The position numbers and the translations under genes were made by a program. Positions 19,632 through 29,058 of a stretch of DNA of 39,430 nt are shown one piece after another. The first letter of the stretch is position 1, and the number at the start of each line of letters is the position of its first letter. Source of the DNA: Bacteroidales bacterium (GTDB lineage Bacteria > Bacteroidota > Bacteroidia > Bacteroidales > UBA4417); NCBI GenBank assembly GCA_038249635.1, contig JBBSDG010000002.1, forward strand, positions 1 through 39,430, written 5' to 3'. Below the pieces are notes generated by a model that saw only the letters and a list, made by a program, of their open reading frames with translations, did no database searches and was not told the origin of the DNA.

Positions 19632-20312
19632 CTAAAGCCCGCTGATTTTGATCGATTTTATAGTGGCCAGGACTTCCCTGCATTTTTCCTGAATAAAAAT
19701 GTAGTTCTCCGATTCAATCACATCTTTAGGAAACAATTGGGAACCAATGCCAACGCAGTGAACTCCTGCATTGAACCAGGCTTTCAGATTAGTTTCATCG
19801 GTCGAAACGCCGCCTGTTGGCATAATACTTACCCAGGGCATTGGACCTTTTACTCCCGAAACAAAGTCAGGGCCACCGACGGAAGAGCCGGGGAACATTT
19901 TGACTACTTCGGCACCCAGTTCGTGTGCTTTATTGATTTCGGTAACCGAACCGCAGCCGGGACTCCATGCTATTTTGCGGCGGTTACAAAAGCGTGCGGT
20001 TTCTTCGTCGATGAATGGTGATACGATAAAATTTGCGCCCATCTGTATGTATAACGCTAAAGTTCCATTATCGAGTATGGAACCAGCACCAAGTATCATT
20101 TCAGGTGTTTCTTTGGCTACCCATTTCGATAATTCGCCAAATACCTCGTGTGCAAAATCGCCCCGGTTGGTAAACTCAAAAACACGAACTCCGCCATCGT
20201 AACAGGCTTTAATAACTTGCTTGCATACATCAGGATTTTTATGATAGAAGACAGGTACCATCCCGGTCTCCTTCATTTTAAGCGTTACTTCTATTCTGTT
20301 GAAACGAGACAT
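19632..20312 (-). CDS. eda: 2-dehydro-3-deoxyphosphogluconate (KDPG) / 4-hydroxy-2-oxoglutarate aldolase
   Basis: 'MVPVFYH...VRVFEFTNRGD', 'AEVVKMFPG' and 'IMPTGGV' match Bacteroidota Eda. There is no signal peptide. The track start at 20318 is a TTG. The ATG at 20312..20310 (MSRFNRIEV...) is the more likely start. Confidence 0.85.
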   Translation of the reverse strand: MSRFNRIEVTLKMKETGMVPVFYHKNPDVCKQVIKACYDGGVRVFEFTNRGDFAHEVFGELSKWVAKETPEMILGAGSILDNGTLALYIQMGANFIVSPFIDEETARFCNRRKIAWSPGCGSVTEINKAHELGAEVVKMFPGSSVGGPDFVSGVKGPMPWVSIMPTGGVSTDETNLKAWFNAGVHCVGIGSQLFPKDVIESENYIFIQEKCREVLATIKSIKISGL

Positions 20313-20369
20313 AATCAATTAATTTATACAATTTGAAAAACAATCAAAGATTAAAAAAGCTTTTGATGG

Positions 20370-20894
20370 CTACTTTGGCCCGATCATTTCGATAAAGTTA
20401 CCATCGGGATCCTGAACGAGCACAAACTGGCGGTTGGCATCCAACATAGTCGGAGATTGGCCTAACGTTTTTATGCCATGTTTGCCAATGCGTTCGAGCA
20501 TGGGTTTCATCGATTTAACGAAGATGGTCAAATAACGAATTCCATTATCATCAGGAATATAGGTTTGCTTTGAATGATCGGTTTTCTTGCTACATGACAT
20601 AAGTTTTAATTCAGTGGCATTTTCGCTGTTTTCGAGCTTCAGAAATTTAATATCAAAACTCTCGCCATTGCTAAGTCCCATCTTTTTAGCCTTTTCGGAA
20701 TCAATAGTTAATTCCCGAACCTGAATCATTCCGATAACATTGATATAAAAATCGAGTGATTTATTCAGATCTTCAACAAGTATTCCTACCGAGATGGTTG
20801 GTTTGGCAAAATCGCCAGGTGAATGAACTGAATATAAAGGCAAACTGACCAGCATTAAAGCCAGAAAGAAAACGGGTTTTAATTTTTTAATCAT
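20370..20894 (-). CDS. VOC (glyoxalase/bleomycin-resistance/dioxygenase) fold protein with signal peptide
   Basis: 'PTISVGILVEDLNKSLDFYINVIGM' and the C-terminal 'FVLVQDPDGNFIEMIG' are typical VOC beta-alpha-beta-beta-beta module signatures. The second ATG (20894) gives a clean signal peptide, MIKKLKPVFFLALMLVSLPLYS. The longest ORF would start at 20927. Confidence 0.65.
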   Translation of the reverse strand: MIKKLKPVFFLALMLVSLPLYSVHSPGDFAKPTISVGILVEDLNKSLDFYINVIGMIQVRELTIDSEKAKKMGLSNGESFDIKFLKLENSENATELKLMSCSKKTDHSKQTYIPDDNGIRYLTIFVKSMKPMLERIGKHGIKTLGQSPTMLDANRQFVLVQDPDGNFIEMIGPK

Positions 20895-20984
20895 GTTTAA
20901 TTTTTTAAAAATGAACCATACTGTCATATAGATCGCCTCTGTGTATGGGGGTTTCTATGGTACAGTATGGTACTTCTCAAGTCC

Positions 20985-21926
20985 TTAGAAATTACGTTTT
21001 TCGAGAAATTTGTCTAAATCAGCTCTTGTCATTGGCAATTTACCTTTATAGGTATCTAGCCAGCTTCTGAAATCTTTTTTAATTTCGTCCGACCATTTAC
21101 TATCAATTGTTCCGGCAGTATATTTTCCTTCTTTAATGCGTTGTTGCCCGAAAATATCAAAGAGTTCGGTTACTTCGCCGGTGAGAACAATTTGTTCCAC
21201 CAAATGTGAAGGAATAAAAACTACACCGTCTTTCTTTGCCAATACTGCATCGCCAGGCAATACCGTTACTCCACCAATCCTGACAGGCGCATTTATGGTA
21301 GTAAGCACGGTTTTACGCATATACGAAGGATCGGTGCCTTTAATCCATATATTAAACCCTTTTATTTTGCGCAAATCTTCGGTATCGCGTATATGACCAT
21401 AAACAATGATGCCACGATGTGACCGTGCCCAAACACCATTACCAAGATTTGAACCCACTACTGTGCCATAGGACTGTTTATCGTATCCATCGGCCACATA
21501 AAAATCACCTTCTACCAGCGTAGTCATTGCCCATGAAACAGTTCGGCGTTGTTCCCACATCCGACCTTCTGCCTTTCCTTGTTCAATCACCTGATTTTCC
21601 AAATCCGGGCGAGCAGGCATAAACTGTGCTGTAACGGCACGTCCTGTCATCACATAGTTATCGTTTTCATTCAGTAACTTCCAATTTCCTTCAAACTGAT
21701 CGAAATACCCCAGATTAATCAATTCGGCCCATGCCTCTTCTAAAGTGATATTTTTCAATCTCTCCAATAAATCATCCGACACTTTTGGCCTTCCATCAGT
21801 AAAACGTTCGCCCTTCCATTCGGCTGTTAAGGCTTTAATATATTCAGGCGAAGCACCTACATTCTGTGCCCTGGTAAACGCACAGGTAAAAAGAACAATT
21901 GCCAGTAAAATGATTTTCCGATTCAT
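20985..21926 (-). CDS. RraA-fold (RraA / HMG-CHA aldolase-like) protein with signal peptide and N-terminal extension
   Basis: 313 aa with signal peptide MNRKIILLAIVLFTCAFTRAQ. 'GRAVTAQFMPARPD', 'VGSNLGNGVWARSHRGIIVYGHIRD' and 'GGVTVLPGDAVLAKKDGVVFIP' follow the RraA-like family pattern. About 90 extra residues precede the RraA core. Confidence 0.7.
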   Translation of the reverse strand: MNRKIILLAIVLFTCAFTRAQNVGASPEYIKALTAEWKGERFTDGRPKVSDDLLERLKNITLEEAWAELINLGYFDQFEGNWKLLNENDNYVMTGRAVTAQFMPARPDLENQVIEQGKAEGRMWEQRRTVSWAMTTLVEGDFYVADGYDKQSYGTVVGSNLGNGVWARSHRGIIVYGHIRDTEDLRKIKGFNIWIKGTDPSYMRKTVLTTINAPVRIGGVTVLPGDAVLAKKDGVVFIPSHLVEQIVLTGEVTELFDIFGQQRIKEGKYTAGTIDSKWSDEIKKDFRSWLDTYKGKLPMTRADLDKFLEKRNF

Positions 21927-21944
21927 GATATTTCTTTTTTTTGG

Positions 21945-23876
21945 TTAAAACTTAACTTTTTTTGTTTCGTCAATTATGTATTGATCCCAATCAGCTTTTT
22001 TTCTGAAATATTTGCTCTTATCCCAACCGGCACCAGAGTAATAAACAAAAGGAACATTCGTCTTTGCTTTCACCAGGATAAATTCATCCCCATCGTACTT
22101 TGCAAATCCAACGAAATCTTCAGGTTTTATCAGCACTGCAGATCCCAGACTCCCATTTATAGTATCCATTTTCTCCCAAACCGACAGAAAGCCAAGTTTC
22201 TCATTTTGATAAATTTCAGGTTTCCCGTAAGTTGTGAGGCCTATTGCTACAGTTATATCTTTATTCTGATCATTTTTGATGGTACTGGTAACTTTAAACA
22301 AATTTGTCCCAAGCGCCATTTCAATCATTTTCAATTCCTCAATTTTCATACCTGGAACATTCCATGTCTGGTAATCTAACTCAAAAGCAATCCGATCATG
22401 CTGATTGTTTATTATATTAAATGTATCGTAAGTTTCGGATGCATAAGGTTTTCCATCAATCCATATAGCTATGCCACCACAACCGAGTCTTTTAGCCATA
22501 TGGTAAAAATCGCATCCCTCACCACGATCAATATGGTAATCTTTCCCTTCTGCATTCAATTTGTACCAATTGTCAAGTACTGAGTAATCAACAGATTTAG
22601 CCCAGATATCGATACCGCTGCGAACTTTTTCGCGTACTGATTTTCCGCCGTAAGCTCTAAAACCAATCCGATCATTTTCCCAGGACATATCCACTCCACG
22701 CGCTCTTCTTACATATGTTATTGGTGGAGGTGTAGTATCGGGAACTATATAATACCCCAGCTTTGTTAAGGGTGCAATTTTTTCAATGCCCATTTTTGCT
22801 GCCTGTGTATAAGCCAGCACAACGGGGCCAAAGGCATGATAATCGTTTAGTTCCCACCCCTTGCTAATATAATCTTCCTTGGTGCCTTTTCCCGGACACA
22901 GGCAACCTGTGCAGGTATTGCTTACCGATCCGTCAACACCAATGTAATCCAGGTATCCTCTTAATCCCAACATCAGTTGCTTTTTATAGCTTTTGGGAAG
23001 CAATCCCTTTTCGAGCATAATGCCTAAGCCATAAAGGAATATTCCGCTCCCCGAAGTTTCGACATAGGATGTAGGGTCACTCATTTCCTGGTGCCACAAA
23101 CCTTGTTTATTCTGGTATTTTATCACAGTAGTGAAATACTGTTGAGCCAGCTTTTCTACTTCTTTTCTTTTTGGATGCGTCGCTGGTAAGTCGCGTACTA
23201 ATATGGCAAGGGAAAATGCGCCCCAGCCGTTTCCCCGGCTCCAGTTATCTTCCGATATTTTTCCTTCGCCCTGGAAACCACGTCCCTGGTGCAGAAGTCC
23301 GGTTTTTTCATCTTTTAAAATCCGGAACAGCTCCAGTGTTTCAAACACTGAAAAATCGATATACTCAGTCTTATTAAACTTCAGACCCGAATAAAGCAAA
23401 TAAGGAGTAACTGCAAAAGCAACATCAATAAACACCTGGTGGGTTGCGAATTTGGCTGTCATTAAACCATCAGGAGTTCGCTTCTGCTTCAGCATCATGT
23501 TTTCGGCAGCAACAGCTACCTGTTTGTCCAGTTTGTCGGTAGCTCCTTTCCATGCAAGGTAAGCGGCGCCAGAGCCACCGGCCTCGTATGAGTAGAAATT
23601 GCCTTTGGCCGTAATATCGCCTGTTCCAAACTTCTTAAGTGCATCAACAACAAGATTCAAACTAGCTTCGTTGTTTTTCAGGAGGGCAAATTCGCTCATT
23701 CCATGAAGCAACAGTGTACCAGGATAGGTACTGATATCCATTTGCTTCGAACCCTTTTCGAAGGCCCGGTTAATTATATCGCGGGTTTGGATTTCCTTAG
23801 TGTTTTGACCTGAAGTACTTTTATAGACGGAAAGCACAAACAGCATTAAAACAAATAATTGGCTTGTTTTTAACAT
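21945..23876 (-). CDS. Fusion protein: GH88/GH105-type unsaturated uronyl hydrolase (N-terminal) + DUF4861-like domain (C-terminal), secreted
   Basis: N-terminal half: 'DNWSRGNGWGAFSLAIL' (the W.RGNGW motif of GH88/GH105) and 'TSGSGIFLYGL'. C-terminal roughly 265 aa: 'MSWENDRIGFRAYG', 'GIDIWAKSV', 'DYHIDRGEGCDFY' and 'LGCGGIAIW', as in DUF4861 proteins. The start at ATG 23876 gives signal peptide MLKTSQLFVLMLFVLSVY. The longest ORF would start at 23924. Confidence 0.7.
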   Translation of the reverse strand: MLKTSQLFVLMLFVLSVYKSTSGQNTKEIQTRDIINRAFEKGSKQMDISTYPGTLLLHGMSEFALLKNNEASLNLVVDALKKFGTGDITAKGNFYSYEAGGSGAAYLAWKGATDKLDKQVAVAAENMMLKQKRTPDGLMTAKFATHQVFIDVAFAVTPYLLYSGLKFNKTEYIDFSVFETLELFRILKDEKTGLLHQGRGFQGEGKISEDNWSRGNGWGAFSLAILVRDLPATHPKRKEVEKLAQQYFTTVIKYQNKQGLWHQEMSDPTSYVETSGSGIFLYGLGIMLEKGLLPKSYKKQLMLGLRGYLDYIGVDGSVSNTCTGCLCPGKGTKEDYISKGWELNDYHAFGPVVLAYTQAAKMGIEKIAPLTKLGYYIVPDTTPPPITYVRRARGVDMSWENDRIGFRAYGGKSVREKVRSGIDIWAKSVDYSVLDNWYKLNAEGKDYHIDRGEGCDFYHMAKRLGCGGIAIWIDGKPYASETYDTFNIINNQHDRIAFELDYQTWNVPGMKIEELKMIEMALGTNLFKVTSTIKNDQNKDITVAIGLTTYGKPEIYQNEKLGFLSVWEKMDTINGSLGSAVLIKPEDFVGFAKYDGDEFILVKAKTNVPFVYYSGAGWDKSKYFRKKADWDQYIIDETKKVKF

Positions 23877-23935
23877 GTTATGATCGGATAAAATAGAAAA
23901 GTGCAGTTTAAAGGATGACTTCAATTAAAATTTAG

Positions 23936-23973
23936 AAACAAGGCCCGATCATAAGACAGGGCCTTGTTTTTTT
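23936..23973. terminator. Strong 11-bp-stem hairpin between susD and the enzyme genes (terminator/attenuator-like)
   Basis: 'aaacaaggccc' (23936-23946) and 'gggccttgttt' (23959-23969) are perfect complements around a 12-nt loop. On the plus strand the hairpin runs into a 7-nt T tract ending at 23973. On the minus (coding) strand it is followed by the T-rich 'ttctaaatttt'. Confidence 0.45.
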
Positions 23974-23990
23974 AACAGCTTAACTAATCA

Positions 23991-25664
23991 CTAATAGCCT
24001 GTATTCTGAACTAAATGGCCATTAATATTTGCTTCAATGTCTTTCAGAGGTATTGGCCAGAGTTCATGCTGTGGCAAAGCACTGGCTCCGGTTAACGGAT
24101 TGTATTTTATAACACGTTCCACATATTTGCCAACCCGGCGCAAAGTGATTGAGCGTTGCTCTTCAAGAGCAAGTTCTCTGGCGCGCTCGTCGAGAATATA
24201 ATCCAGGGTTACATCAGCCGCTGCCACAGGAGTAGCTAAAGCTCTGCCACGAACCTCATTAATATCGGCTGCTGCAAGATCTTTACTTCCTTTTCCCAGA
24301 TAAGCTTCGGCACGTAGCAGATATGATTCTGAAAGTCTTAAATAATACATATCACGTTGTGTACCACCTGCATCACCATTCAGCAATCCATTGGAAAGTA
24401 ACATATTGGTTGGATGATCACCGGGTGTGGTAGCCTTTATAAACCATGAATAAAATCTCCAATCCTGGGCTTTCCAATTTACACCAGGGTTAGCCCGAAC
24501 GCTTTTACCAAAATCGACTGAAGCAGGATTATCATAAATTGCATCTTTTATGAAATTGTTATCATTACATCTCATATCTCCTGTATAACCAGCCGGCCAA
24601 ACGTCAACCTCCAGAAGTTTAGTTCCTCTTAAGAAAGCAACCCCTCTGCCTCCCACATTATCATTCGATTTAGGCCCTTGGAAACCAGCTTTACCCTTAG
24701 TGTCCGTCAATCCATAAACATTAGGAACATGGAACCGTTCCAGATAATTAATTGTCTTTTTGGTGGATGCCAAACCGCCGCCGGGAACGTCTTCTTCCAT
24801 TTGGCATACCCATAGTGCTTCTTTGTTTCCACCTGCGCGGTTCACATTACCACGTTGAAATAAATCCCAGAACACATCTTTTCCGGCAACACTTGTTCTT
24901 TTACCATAGCGGGCTTTCATTAAAGCAACGTTCGGATCGCTTATTACCGCAGTAGCGGCAGTAACCGCTTCATCATACTTGCCTAGTGCAATATAGGTTT
25001 CAGCCAGGTAATGGCTAGCCACAATATTCGACACTTTGCCATCTTTCACCTTATTAATGGCAGGTAAATTTGTTGCCCCATCCTTGAAATCGGCTACCAT
25101 TTGTTCCAATACCTGCTGTTTTGTGGCCTGAGTTAAATCATTCCTTACACTGGTAATTTCTTCGGTAATTAATGGAACATTTCCGAATAAATAAACGAGT
25201 TCGCGATAGGCAATGGCTCTGAAAAATTTTGCTTCGGCGCCTATTAAAAGTTTTTCCGCGTCAGTCAGTTTAGATGCCGGCATCCTGCTTATAATAACAT
25301 TGGCGCCGGAAACAATCTTGAAATTTCTCTCCCAATAATAAGCGGGAACCAACCCGGTTGGAGTTAAAGAAACAACCAGACTCGAAAATTTTGGTGCTGT
25401 TAAATCGCTTATACCCCTGGCATGTGTAAGGATATCGGTACCAAACAGGAGTGAAAATGATTCATCAGAGATGCCATAATCCATATCTCTTTTTTTAGCA
25501 TATAGGTCTACTAACGCGCTTTCAAAATCTGACACATTCTCAAGAGCATTATCGGGACTCAAAAAATCCAGAGGTTCTTCTTTCAGAAATTCATCCTTAT
25601 TACAAGATAACATTGTACCCAGCAAAAGGGAAAGGAAAAGTATTTTAGTTATAAATGATTTCAT
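23991..25664 (-). CDS. susD: SusD/RagB-family outer-membrane lipoprotein
   Basis: 557 aa. It has a lipoprotein signal ending 'LLGTMLSC', TPR-like SusD architecture and the C-terminal 'ELWPIPLKDIEAN'. It lies 22 bp downstream of susC. Confidence 0.9.
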   Translation of the reverse strand: MKSFITKILFLSLLLGTMLSCNKDEFLKEEPLDFLSPDNALENVSDFESALVDLYAKKRDMDYGISDESFSLLFGTDILTHARGISDLTAPKFSSLVVSLTPTGLVPAYYWERNFKIVSGANVIISRMPASKLTDAEKLLIGAEAKFFRAIAYRELVYLFGNVPLITEEITSVRNDLTQATKQQVLEQMVADFKDGATNLPAINKVKDGKVSNIVASHYLAETYIALGKYDEAVTAATAVISDPNVALMKARYGKRTSVAGKDVFWDLFQRGNVNRAGGNKEALWVCQMEEDVPGGGLASTKKTINYLERFHVPNVYGLTDTKGKAGFQGPKSNDNVGGRGVAFLRGTKLLEVDVWPAGYTGDMRCNDNNFIKDAIYDNPASVDFGKSVRANPGVNWKAQDWRFYSWFIKATTPGDHPTNMLLSNGLLNGDAGGTQRDMYYLRLSESYLLRAEAYLGKGSKDLAAADINEVRGRALATPVAAADVTLDYILDERARELALEEQRSITLRRVGKYVERVIKYNPLTGASALPQHELWPIPLKDIEANINGHLVQNTGY

Positions 25665-25686
25665 CTTTTTATGAATTTTAGATTAA

Positions 25687-28600
25687 TTAAAAGGAGACTT
25701 CCAGTCCAAGAGTAAAGCTCTTCATAACAGGTAATCCTGAATTTGATACTTCAAGGCCTGCACCTGTTTCAGGATCCCATCCATCCCATTTAGTAGAAGT
25801 AAACAAGTTTTTACCGCTTGCAAAAACTCTCAGATCGCTGATTTTAGCCTTTTTTAACAGATCTTGATCAAAAGTATATGATAATGAAACATCCTGTAAA
25901 CGGATGAAACTTCTGTTCTGGTATGGGCTAAAAGAAACTGGTGATGTAATACCGGGTAAAGCGTATTCCGCATCCGGATTAGTGGGTGACCATGAATCAA
26001 TATCGTTATACCGGTTTGTATAGAGCACTGTTGAAGTTTTTCCATAAAAGCCTTGAGGATCATTCCAAGGCTCGTTTTTCCCTATTCCTCCTTGAATGGA
26101 ATTGATGAAAAATTTCAATGCGAAACCTTTGTAGCTAACCGTATTGGTAATGCCGAATTGATAATCGGCTTCAGCTTTTCCGATGATAGTTCTGTCGTAC
26201 TCCGCAGATATTTTGCCATCAGGAATCCCATCAGGGCCACTGATATCTTTAAACTTATAACCGCCAACTGAGAAACCTGTAGGAACTACATCTCCAATCT
26301 GATATATCCCTTCTTTTATATAGGTGTAAACAGAACCTATTGATTGTCCAATAAATAAACCGTTTGCTATAAGGTCATCTTCTTTCCCGTCCTCATTGTT
26401 ATCCTGTCCTAAAAGGTGATTTATTTTATTGTTGTTTTTTGCGTAATTGAAACCCAGAACCCAATTCCAATCTTCTTTTTGTACCGCTTTAATATTAAGT
26501 ACGAATTCTAAACCACTATTTTGAATTTCACCCACATTGGATTTTATTGAGGTAAATCCAGTTGCTGAAGGTAAGATCAGATCCCACAATAAATCTTTCG
26601 TTTTCGAAATGTAGTAATCTACATTACCGGTAATCCGGCTATCGAAAAATCCAAAATCGACACCAATATTATAACCGTGTGTTTGTTCCCAGGTAAGATC
26701 TTTGTTAGCAAGCGTTGACACATATACACCTGTTTGAGTGGTTCCCCCATCACCAAAAACATACTGCGAACCATTATAAAGATATGAAGCACCTATATCG
26801 GAAGTTAGGCGAGCTAAAGAACTATACCTGCTGGTAGTATTACCGTTAACTCCGAAACTGCCCCTGATTTTCAGCAAGTCAATAACTTTAATGTTTTCAA
26901 GTAAGGCTTCTTTTGTAATAATCCAGCCCAAACCAACTGATGGAAAAACAGCCGTTTTGTGATTTTCGGAAAATCCGCTGTAACCATCCCTGCGCAAACT
27001 GGCACTCAACAAATATTTGCCATTATAGTCATAACCAATCCTCGCTGTTTGTGACAGGAAACTTTCGTTCCATGCATGAGATTCAGCCAAAGGATTTACT
27101 CCTGATTGTAAGCTATTGTATGACAGGTTCAGATTGGAAAAACCGGTGGCTGATGATTTTGTATAACTGTATTGATTTGTATTAAAGCCGGCTACAATAG
27201 TTGCTTTTATACCATGAATTTTATTAGCGCCAAATCGTTTGTCATATGTAAGAATATTGTCTAATGAAACATCATTGGTGTTATTGCTAATTTTATAGGC
27301 ACTTCCTGTTTGGTTCTGGCCATACTTATCTGAATTATTATGTGCCGACCAACGGTAATTATAACTATAATTTACGCGGTATGTTAACCCTTCAATTTTT
27401 GGCACATTAATTAAAGCGTAAACCAACGAAGATATGTTGTTCTGATGATCATAATCATCCGCCTGAACTTGTAGGAAAGGATTAACGTAGGCGTTATCCA
27501 TAGGCTGATAAACATAATCTCCTTTATCGTTTTTGGGTTGTGCTATTGGCATCATTACCGGCAAGGAACTCAGGTTTGGACTTTGTCCTGAAAAATTTGA
27601 AAATGAACCGAAAGTATTAGTCCCGATACTAAGCCAGTCGTACACTTTGGTATCCACATTCATCCTGGTGGTTATACGTTTATAATTATCGTTAATAACC
27701 CATCCCAACTCGTCCGAATAACCTCCGGAGAAGAAAAATGATGTTTTATCCGAACCGCCTTTGACACTGAGCTGATGATTCTTTTTAGATGAAGGATTCG
27801 TGGTTTCTTCATACCAGTTATAATCACTACCATTGTTATATCCCGCGAAGGCCCATGATCCCAATACTGTAACCTGTCCATAATCCCAGGCCGGGTTAGG
27901 CTGGATGTAATCAGGTGCCAAAAATCCGTGTGTATAATCAGTATCTCTTCCTGCATTTATAAATTCCTCCCGGTTCAAATTCCTACGGTTCTTAATAGGG
28001 CTTTGCATTGAATAAAATCCCGAATAGGTAACCTGTGTTTTCTGATTTTTTTTACCTCCTTTGGTAGTAACCATTACAATACCATTTGCTGCCTGAGCGC
28101 CATAAATGGCTTTGCTGCTCGGATCTTTTAACACATCAACCGACTGAATATCGTTTGGATTCAAATCTGAAAGTCTTCCTCTGTAAATAACCCCATCCAC
28201 AACAATAAGTGGATTATCGTTTCCGCTCAATGTATTTCTGCCACGAATTTTTATATCCGGTTCAGCCCCTGCTGCGGCAATCTGACCAATAGTGACTCCT
28301 GGTAAAGATCCTTGTAAGGATTGAATGATATTGGTATTCGGCGACTCGCGAAACTGCTTTAAATCTGCCGAAACAATTGCTCCTGTTAGATCTGCCTTTT
28401 TCGATGTGCCATATCCGATTACAACTACCTCGCTTAATCCAACCGAAGCATCTTCGAGTATAACGTCAATTGACGTTTTTCCGGCAATGGAGAATTCCTG
28501 TGTTTTCATACCGATATAGGTAAACACCAATATGGCTTCATCAGGCACATCATTAATGGTATAAACACCATTTACATCAGTGGTTGTGCCAGTAGTGGTT

Positions 28601-29058
28601 CCCTTTATAACAACAGTTACACCAGGAAGCGGGCCGCCTGTTTTATCCGTTACTTTGCCTGTAATTTTTTTTCCTGCGACAAATTGTTCCTTCGATTCTT
28701 TCTGAAGCACAATGATCTTGCCTACCACTGAATAGGTAAGGTCGCTGTTTTCAAGTGTTTCATCCAGAAGTGATCCAACAGTTGTTTCAAGGTCTTGAAC
28801 CTTTAAAGAAGCATAGACATTGACCTGATCGGTTTTATAAAAAATCTTGTACTCAGTTTGGTTTTCAATGGCCTCGATCACATCGGCGATAGTACCCGAA
28901 TGAGAGGTCAACTTAATTTTATCACTCTGCGAATACCCGCTTGCAGCTGCAGGCAAGGTAAACAATAAGAGCAGGATCGAACTTAGTTTCATAATCAGCA
29001 GTAGCTTTTGAGCGTAACTTCTGTGGCATCCATTACGCGTGAATGATTTTTTTGTCAT
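25687..29058 (-). CDS. susC: SusC/RagA-family TonB-dependent transporter with N-terminal STN signalling domain (transducer type)
   Basis: 1123 aa. STN-like region: 'IKLTSHSGTIADVIEAIENQTEYKIFYKTDQV...'. Carboxypeptidase-regulatory-like region: 'ITGKVTDKTGGPLPGVTVVIKGTTTGTTTDVNGVYTI'. Plug: 'EVVVIGYGTSKKADLTGA' and 'VDVLKDPSSKAIYGAQAANGIVMVTTKGG'. The barrel ends '...LGLEVSF'. An alternative ATG at 28992 (MKLSSILLL...) is possible. Confidence 0.9.
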   Translation of the reverse strand: MTKKSFTRNGCHRSYAQKLLLIMKLSSILLLLFTLPAAASGYSQSDKIKLTSHSGTIADVIEAIENQTEYKIFYKTDQVNVYASLKVQDLETTVGSLLDETLENSDLTYSVVGKIIVLQKESKEQFVAGKKITGKVTDKTGGPLPGVTVVIKGTTTGTTTDVNGVYTINDVPDEAILVFTYIGMKTQEFSIAGKTSIDVILEDASVGLSEVVVIGYGTSKKADLTGAIVSADLKQFRESPNTNIIQSLQGSLPGVTIGQIAAAGAEPDIKIRGRNTLSGNDNPLIVVDGVIYRGRLSDLNPNDIQSVDVLKDPSSKAIYGAQAANGIVMVTTKGGKKNQKTQVTYSGFYSMQSPIKNRRNLNREEFINAGRDTDYTHGFLAPDYIQPNPAWDYGQVTVLGSWAFAGYNNGSDYNWYEETTNPSSKKNHQLSVKGGSDKTSFFFSGGYSDELGWVINDNYKRITTRMNVDTKVYDWLSIGTNTFGSFSNFSGQSPNLSSLPVMMPIAQPKNDKGDYVYQPMDNAYVNPFLQVQADDYDHQNNISSLVYALINVPKIEGLTYRVNYSYNYRWSAHNNSDKYGQNQTGSAYKISNNTNDVSLDNILTYDKRFGANKIHGIKATIVAGFNTNQYSYTKSSATGFSNLNLSYNSLQSGVNPLAESHAWNESFLSQTARIGYDYNGKYLLSASLRRDGYSGFSENHKTAVFPSVGLGWIITKEALLENIKVIDLLKIRGSFGVNGNTTSRYSSLARLTSDIGASYLYNGSQYVFGDGGTTQTGVYVSTLANKDLTWEQTHGYNIGVDFGFFDSRITGNVDYYISKTKDLLWDLILPSATGFTSIKSNVGEIQNSGLEFVLNIKAVQKEDWNWVLGFNYAKNNNKINHLLGQDNNEDGKEDDLIANGLFIGQSIGSVYTYIKEGIYQIGDVVPTGFSVGGYKFKDISGPDGIPDGKISAEYDRTIIGKAEADYQFGITNTVSYKGFALKFFINSIQGGIGKNEPWNDPQGFYGKTSTVLYTNRYNDIDSWSPTNPDAEYALPGITSPVSFSPYQNRSFIRLQDVSLSYTFDQDLLKKAKISDLRVFASGKNLFTSTKWDGWDPETGAGLEVSNSGLPVMKSFTLGLEVSF

